IMG/VR virus record: IMGVR_UViG_2541047715_000004
Length of the DNA: 64,000 bases
Direction: 5' to 3' (one strand)
Origin: a virus
Lineage: Duplodnaviria > Heunggongvirae > Uroviricota > Caudoviricetes
How positions within the stretch are numbered: position 1 is the first letter of the stretch; every line of letters begins with the position of its first letter. Below, in pieces: positions 58,454 to 64,000 of the stretch. Made by a program: the position numbers and the translations under genes. The notes below the pieces were generated by a model. The model worked only from the letters and a program-made list of their open reading frames with translations. It ran no database searches and was not told where the DNA came from.

Positions 58454-59023
58454 ATGTGCAAGAAATGCAAAGCGATAGCTGATGAACAAAACGCCTTATT
58501 CGAAGAAATGGATGCTAATGAACTGGTCAAAATGTTAGCCATTCTTCGAGGAATAGAAGACGTTTCCATATTTGAGAGAGTGGTTACAGCACTTAATTTT
58601 GAGTCCACCTTTGAAGAGCCAACTCAGGTTGTAGCTTTAGCACATCATTTCGGTGTTCATTATCTTGCTGAAAAAGAGCGCGCTGATAAGTTGCAGGCGA
58701 CTTTGGATATGGTGAGCGAGACTCAACGAACTGATGACACTAACAAGAGTGAGGCGATTATTGCCAGCAAAGATCGTGAAATTGCTGGGCTTAAATCCTC
58801 TCTAACGATGTTGATGTCTGCGTTCAATCTTATGTCTTCTCAGGCGGGTTATAAAATGCCATCACTAAACAGCGATGATCCGATGGCCGTTCGTCAGCTT
58901 TTGGGAGCAATGGCCGACCAACTCGACGACACAAAGAGTCGCCTTGAAGACATGATGCGTGAGTTAAGCCATCGACATAACCTCGCAACACAACCACACA
59001 AAGTCTTTCAAAGCTCTAATTGA
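58454..59023 (+). CDS. hypothetical coiled-coil protein
   Basis: 189 aa ORF; preceded by AAACAACTTGTTT upstream motif. Confidence 0.45.
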   Translation: MCKKCKAIADEQNALFEEMDANELVKMLAILRGIEDVSIFERVVTALNFESTFEEPTQVVALAHHFGVHYLAEKERADKLQATLDMVSETQRTDDTNKSEAIIASKDREIAGLKSSLTMLMSAFNLMSSQAGYKMPSLNSDDPMAVRQLLGAMADQLDDTKSRLEDMMRELSHRHNLATQPHKVFQSSN

Positions 59024-59077
59024 TCTGATATGGCCGCATGATCGGCCATATTGTGTTGATAAAAACAAGGGTGAAAA

Positions 59078-59359
59078 ATGGCATACGGTACAGGGATTTA
59101 CAACAATAAAGGAATTAACGTTACTGGCTTCCTTACACCTATTTTTTTTCTTGATCGATTTACGGCGTCATCAGGCTCTAAGACGTACTCTAATCCGCCA
59201 CCGGGTAAATCACTACATGCCGTGTGGTCATTAATGCCTCTTAACAACGACAACTACATCAATTTACCTGTTCCAAATGTTACTATTAATGGAAATACGG
59301 TTAGTTGGTCAAATTTATATACGGGGCTTGGTTCTTACATATACACATACTGGGGATAA
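59078..59359 (+). CDS. hypothetical protein, paralog of 1343..1597
   Basis: 93 aa; shared FLDxFTxSxGSKTY...TVSWS pattern. Confidence 0.45.
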   Translation: MAYGTGIYNNKGINVTGFLTPIFFLDRFTASSGSKTYSNPPPGKSLHAVWSLMPLNNDNYINLPVPNVTINGNTVSWSNLYTGLGSYIYTYWG

Positions 59360-59361
59360 TT

Positions 59362-59976
59362 ATGTTCGGGATGTCAATTACTCAATCAGATGGAAGTTTG
59401 TGGATGAGTCCTGAATTTACTCCGCAAAATCTGATTAATAAAGGGACAATGTCTACATCTAAAGGTTCTGTTTTTCAAACATCAATCCCATCAAACAAAT
59501 CATGCTTTTTCTTCATAAAAAGCAGCAATAAGGCGAACATGATGTTTATTCATGAACATAGTAACGGATACAATGCTCTCAGATTGCATCAGGTAAATGG
59601 TAGCCCCGGAACAATAACAGTTTATGCTTTTTCTGATATGGTGTTACCACATTCTGGCTATGGCATTGCCATGTATAACAGCGCAGGCGCAATGGTGTAT
59701 CACGGTGAGATGATGCCCCTTGATGCAAAACTTATCACTATTACTGACCCACAATTTACAATAGATATGGGGTATCCGTGCGCAGTAATGCCTGCTATGG
59801 TTGGGGTTTATAACTATAGACGAACCGATTACGACAGACCTGTCTATGTAACTATGACCGGTGCAACTGGAAACCAAGTATATAACGGTCAATGGTATTC
59901 CGGTAATGTCACATGGGATATTAAGAAGATTTATACAAACAAAATCCTGGTTATAAATACCTCAAAGTATGATTAG
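59362..59976 (+). CDS. hypothetical protein, paralog of 1691..2206
   Basis: Start at ATG overlapping upstream stop (TAATTATG); shared SDGxxWMSP...CFF N-terminal pattern with region 1597..1715. Confidence 0.45.
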   Translation: MFGMSITQSDGSLWMSPEFTPQNLINKGTMSTSKGSVFQTSIPSNKSCFFFIKSSNKANMMFIHEHSNGYNALRLHQVNGSPGTITVYAFSDMVLPHSGYGIAMYNSAGAMVYHGEMMPLDAKLITITDPQFTIDMGYPCAVMPAMVGVYNYRRTDYDRPVYVTMTGATGNQVYNGQWYSGNVTWDIKKIYTNKILVINTSKYD

Positions 59977-60079
59977 CAAATACCTTTATTTAAAGGATTG
60001 CCTGTTAATTTCTATTTAGCACCTTTTCATTTTTGAAATAATTGCACTATTAAACAAATCTTTTCTTAATGGTGCAATT

Positions 60080-60556
60080 ATGAATACAGCTCTTTCCATC
60101 ATCGACGATACCAACTCAAACACTGCTATCGATTATCGTCAGGAAATGAACGTCATCCACGAAATCGTAGCCGAGTGCGAGAAAGAGATCGCCTTCATGT
60201 ATCAGGTTCACGACTTCGTTTATGGCGACGAACGCCACAACATGATTAATCGCCTGCTGCAACTGAACCATCGACCAGATGAAGAACGCTCACGTTTGAA
60301 TCGAGCTTGGCTGGATAAAGTCGATCTGGAATGGGTGAAACAGAATATTTGGGCCGAGTACTGGAGGAAGGTCACGGATATGACTAACGTTTTGCTGATC
60401 ATGCCAGCTTCCCGTCGCGACGAGTGGCGTGAGCAGTTTATAGAGGGCAAACAGGAAGTCATCAAAACTGACAGAACCGGCTACCAGATGAAGGTTAAAG
60501 AGTTCGTTGGTGTACCTGAGTTCAAAGTGGATACAAACATCCCTACGATGGTTTGA
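60080..60556 (+). CDS. hypothetical protein convergent with hsdR
   Basis: 158 aa ORF. Confidence 0.4.
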   Translation: MNTALSIIDDTNSNTAIDYRQEMNVIHEIVAECEKEIAFMYQVHDFVYGDERHNMINRLLQLNHRPDEERSRLNRAWLDKVDLEWVKQNIWAEYWRKVTDMTNVLLIMPASRRDEWREQFIEGKQEVIKTDRTGYQMKVKEFVGVPEFKVDTNIPTMV

Positions 60557-60614
60557 TCTGACAGCTATCTGCAATTTGCACAGATGTCTGCCAGATCTGG
60601 TTCAGATTAATACA

Positions 60615-63600
60615 CTATATCTGCCCACCTACTCCTTTGAACTTTTCAATAAACGTGACGATTTTCTGGAAAACGGTCTGTTTTTTCGTTTTATATTGCG
60701 GGTTTAACGGACTAAGTTTTGGTAATGTCTCGTTTAATTCTGTGCCATTTTCGGTGGCGTATTCGCGTTTTAAAGACGTGCGAATATAGCGTTTCGCCGC
60801 CTCTTCATTGAGATTTTCTTCTTTTATCAATGCTTCTGCTTCACGTTGCTGTTCGCGTTGAGCAAACGTAAAGAATGCCTCAATGATACTGGCTTTGTCT
60901 GGTAAATCATCCAGGTTCGTTTGCTGAATAAAATCGACCACCAGGCCCTCTTTCGCCCGGTTCCCCAGGCTTGAACGAATTAAGCGTTTGACCTCTTCGA
61001 TCATTTCGCCCTTGCCTTTATTTTGTCTGTTGTGTTCGAAAATCAGTCCAAGGATATAATCCAGGTTTATTTCCTGAGACTTCAGCAAATCGACCTCAAA
61101 AACTACGTCATCCCAGTCAGTGGTTGATTTCTCTTTTTTCTCAGCTTCTTTCTCACGGCGCTGCCAGTCGCGAATATCGTTATAGGCAGAACGATAATCC
61201 TGAATCTTGCGTTCAGCAGGGAGACGAATTGTTTGCAATTCAGCGAACTTTTCATCATCCACATAATGTTCTGCTTTGAATTTTTCTACCGCAACAGGAT
61301 CGCTAAGATCGATTTGTTGCAGGGCTTTCAGCGTGGCAAATTCATCATAGTTTTGCAGGATGTTCTCGGCACGCAGGTATTCACCAAACAGTTTTACGAA
61401 GTCTTTCTTCTCTTTTTCACTTTCAATACTGGCAGGGTCAGGGAACCGTTGTTCCAGTTCTGAAACTACTGCCATAAAGCCGCGTTTAGCTTCACCAGTG
61501 GCAGCATCTGTAAAGCCTTCCATATACTCAGCATAACTCTTTTCTAACACCACATTTTTAGTATTTTTATCACCAAACAGCGTTATGGCATCAATGGTTG
61601 AGCGTTCCAGATCCCGAAAAGTGACGATGTTACCGAAGGTTTTAGTAGCGTCATAAATGCGGTTGGTACGGGAGAATGCCTGCATCAGGCCGTGAAAACG
61701 CAAGTTTTTATCGACGAATAGCGTGTTCAATGTTGGAGCGTCGAAGCCGGTTAAAAACATCCCAACGACAATTAACAGATCGATATCCTGATTTTTAACC
61801 CGTTGGGCTAAATCACGATAGTAGTTCTGAAAACCGTTACTGTCGGTGCTGAAGTTAGTTTTAAAATAGCTGTTATACTCACGAATTGCAGCGTCAAGAA
61901 ACTCTTTAGCACTGCTGTCCATTGCGCTGGTATCAAAAGTTTCATCGGAAATTTCACCAATGGCATTTTGTTCTTCATTGGCGGCAAAGGAGAAGATTGT
62001 TGCAACACGCAGCGGTTTATAGGTAGCCGATTTATTAGCTGCTTCCTCTTGTAACCGTTTAAACGTCGCGTAATAGGCTTTCGCGGCATCCACGCTACTC
62101 ACTGCCAGCATGGCATTAAAGCCTTTGGAACCTGGGAAAGTACGGTGGGTCTTCTGGCGGAAGTTATTCAGAATATATTGCGTAATTTCCTGTATACGCA
62201 TGGGATGAAGAAATGCCTGCTGATTTTCAGCCGCACTCAGTTTTTTCTCGTCGGTTTCTGTCTCTAAAGATTTAAACTGTGGCCGCACATCGTTGTAGTC
62301 CACCTTGAATTTGAGCACTTTTTCATCACGAATCGCATCGGTAATTACATACGAATGCAATTCACGACCAAATACGCTGGCGGTCGTTTCTGAGCCTAAG
62401 GCGTTTTCCGGGAAAATAGGTGTGCCGGTAAAACCAAACTGATAATAGCGTTTGAATTTCTTCTTCAGGTTTTTCTGCGCTTCTCCAAACTGGCTGCGGT
62501 GACATTCATCAAATATAAACACCACTTGCTGATTGTATACAGGCAGGTCGCTTTCTGCTTTCATCAGGTTATTAAGTTTCTGAATAGTGGTGACGATAAT
62601 TTTGTTATCGTCCTTATCCAGATTGCGTTTAAGACCTGCGGTATTTTCCGAGCCGTTGACGCTGTCTGGCGAAAAACGCTTATATTCATTCATGGTCTGG
62701 TAATCGAGGTCTTTCCTGTCGACCACGAAGAAGACTTTATCAATAAAGTCCAGCTCTGTTGCCAGACGCGCGGCTTTAAAGCTGGTGAGGGTTTTACCTG
62801 AACCGGTAGTGTGCCAGATATACCCACCGCTTTCCGGTTTTGACCAGTTCTTCGCTGTAAAGGAACTCTTAATTTTCCACAGAATGCGCTCAGTGGCGGC
62901 AATCTGGTACGGTCGCATCACCAGTAGCGTTTGGCTAACATCGAATACGCTGTAGTTCACTAAGACATTAAGCAGGGTATGTTTCTGGAAAAAGGTGGCG
63001 GTAAAGTCTTTGAGGTCTTTAATCAGCGTGTTGTCTGATTTCGCCCAATTCATGGTGAAGTCAAAACTGTTTTTATCGCGCTTTGTCGTGTTGGCAAAGT
63101 AACGGGTATCGGTGCCGTTGGAAATGACAAACAGTTGCAGATACTTAAACAGAGAATTTTCGCTGTTAAAACTCTCTTTGCTGTAACGATGTATCTGGTT
63201 AAAGGCCTCACGAATCGCCACGCCGCGCTTTTTCAGTTCGATTTGTACCAGCGGTAAGCCATTAACCAGGATCGTGACGTCATAACGGTTAGCATGAGAA
63301 CCCGTCTGTTCAAACTGCTGGATAATCTGCACCTTGTTGCGCATGAGATTCTTTTTATCTATCAAATAGATGTTCTCAAGACGCTCGTCATCAAAAATAA
63401 AGTCGCAAATATAGTCGATATGGATTTTACGGGTCTTATCCAGGATGCCATCGCTCGGGTTATCCAGATACTGCTCCGTGAAACGCCGCCATTCGCTGTC
63501 ATTAAACACCACACCATTGAGGTTCTGAAGCTGTTCCCGAACGTTGGCCAGCATCGCCGACTGAGATTTTACGGAAATAAATTCATAGCCCTGATTCCGC

Positions 63601-63731
63601 AGATCCTGAATCAGTTCACGTTCCAGGTCCGATTCGCTCTGGTAGCTGTCGCCTGTTTGCTCGGCTTTGATGTACTTATCAAGAACGATAAAGTTATTGG
63701 ATTCAGCAATGGTGTGTGTCTGATGAGTCAT
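60615..63731 (-). CDS. hsdR: type I restriction enzyme R subunit (HsdR)
   Basis: 1038 aa; N-terminal PD-(D/E)xK-like nuclease segment ([19 protein letters not shown]), helicase motif I TTGSGKT, motif II FDECHRS. Confidence 0.85.
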   Translation of the reverse strand: MTHQTHTIAESNNFIVLDKYIKAEQTGDSYQSESDLERELIQDLRNQGYEFISVKSQSAMLANVREQLQNLNGVVFNDSEWRRFTEQYLDNPSDGILDKTRKIHIDYICDFIFDDERLENIYLIDKKNLMRNKVQIIQQFEQTGSHANRYDVTILVNGLPLVQIELKKRGVAIREAFNQIHRYSKESFNSENSLFKYLQLFVISNGTDTRYFANTTKRDKNSFDFTMNWAKSDNTLIKDLKDFTATFFQKHTLLNVLVNYSVFDVSQTLLVMRPYQIAATERILWKIKSSFTAKNWSKPESGGYIWHTTGSGKTLTSFKAARLATELDFIDKVFFVVDRKDLDYQTMNEYKRFSPDSVNGSENTAGLKRNLDKDDNKIIVTTIQKLNNLMKAESDLPVYNQQVVFIFDECHRSQFGEAQKNLKKKFKRYYQFGFTGTPIFPENALGSETTASVFGRELHSYVITDAIRDEKVLKFKVDYNDVRPQFKSLETETDEKKLSAAENQQAFLHPMRIQEITQYILNNFRQKTHRTFPGSKGFNAMLAVSSVDAAKAYYATFKRLQEEAANKSATYKPLRVATIFSFAANEEQNAIGEISDETFDTSAMDSSAKEFLDAAIREYNSYFKTNFSTDSNGFQNYYRDLAQRVKNQDIDLLIVVGMFLTGFDAPTLNTLFVDKNLRFHGLMQAFSRTNRIYDATKTFGNIVTFRDLERSTIDAITLFGDKNTKNVVLEKSYAEYMEGFTDAATGEAKRGFMAVVSELEQRFPDPASIESEKEKKDFVKLFGEYLRAENILQNYDEFATLKALQQIDLSDPVAVEKFKAEHYVDDEKFAELQTIRLPAERKIQDYRSAYNDIRDWQRREKEAEKKEKSTTDWDDVVFEVDLLKSQEINLDYILGLIFEHNRQNKGKGEMIEEVKRLIRSSLGNRAKEGLVVDFIQQTNLDDLPDKASIIEAFFTFAQREQQREAEALIKEENLNEEAAKRYIRTSLKREYATENGTELNETLPKLSPLNPQYKTKKQTVFQKIVTFIEKFKGVGGQI

Positions 63732-63852
63732 AGCGCATCCTTTGTGCCGTCTGGCAAGGGCCGGAAGGGCTTTAAGGGCGACTTCCGGCGTGTAAAAAAT
63801 AGTCTCTATATAGACCGGATGTTAAGGTGATCCGGTCGGTAGCAATGGTCAA

Positions 63853-64000
63853 TTAGTTACTGATAGTTTCAGGTTTGGGAAAACTGAACAGTAAATCACG
63901 ATAGTACTCGTATTGTTTCTGGCGCAACTCGATTTCACGCGGAAGACCTTCGGTGATGGAATTGGTCAAAGCATCAAATTTATCCAGTAATTTCACTATT
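63853..64000 (-). CDS. hsdS: type I restriction specificity subunit (HsdS), 3-prime end only
   Basis: Minus-strand translation of window end gives ...[44 protein letters not shown]-stop, typical HsdS C-terminal helix; gene continues beyond window. Confidence 0.65.
   Translation of the reverse strand, partial: IVKLLDKFDALTNSITEGLPREIELRQKQYEYYRDLLFSFPKPETISN

Noticed and set aside
63721-63732. Apparent one-base discrepancy at the hsdR start when translating by hand
   Set aside because: My manual reading of this line gave a frame inconsistent with the supplied ORF track; attributed to my own position-counting error, so the track coordinates were used
1-64000. Insertion sequences / transposases
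   Set aside because: No ORF with DDE transposase motifs and no terminal inverted repeats bracketing a transposase-sized ORF were seen; the only mobile element supported is the intein

Overview
The window reads as the replication / nucleotide-metabolism / accessory half of a large enterobacterial phage-plasmid, resembling SSU5 and pHCM2-type elements (family assignment from memory, not searched). Coding is dense and mostly on the + strand. From 5-prime to 3-prime: a tail fiber 3-prime end with Tfa chaperone, a small lipoprotein and a lysis cassette with overlapping Rz/Rz1-type spanins; a ParA plus small RHH partition pair; DnaB-like helicase, primase and ATP-dependent DNA ligase; a cluster of four tRNAs (Asn, Tyr, Thr, Ser) flanked by ORF-poor, hairpin-rich DNA; a lipoprotein plus HNH nuclease cassette; glutaredoxin; a tyrosine recombinase with a lox-like palindrome upstream; an XRE repressor; a CobT-like vWA / CobS-like AAA pair; DnaE-type polymerase; a minus-strand cspA-like island; gp32-like SSB, flap endonuclease and a RecA-like recombinase interrupted by a LAGLIDADG intein; a P1-like iteron replicon (RepA between two iteron arrays, GATC cluster, DnaA-box-like site); SbcCD, RuvC-like resolvase, NrdAB, thymidylate synthase with insertions, DHFR, DnaQ-like exonuclease, orphan Dam-type methyltransferase, RNase HI; and at the 3-prime end a type I restriction locus (hsdS 3-prime end and hsdR, minus strand). 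No single unmistakable novel system stands out. The best candidates are several terminator-bounded two-gene cassettes of unknown function, two families of recurring palindromic motifs, a repeated long hairpin element, and two ORF-free structured regions. All coordinates derived by hand may be off by 1-2 nt; functional calls rest on motifs recognised by eye, with no database search.
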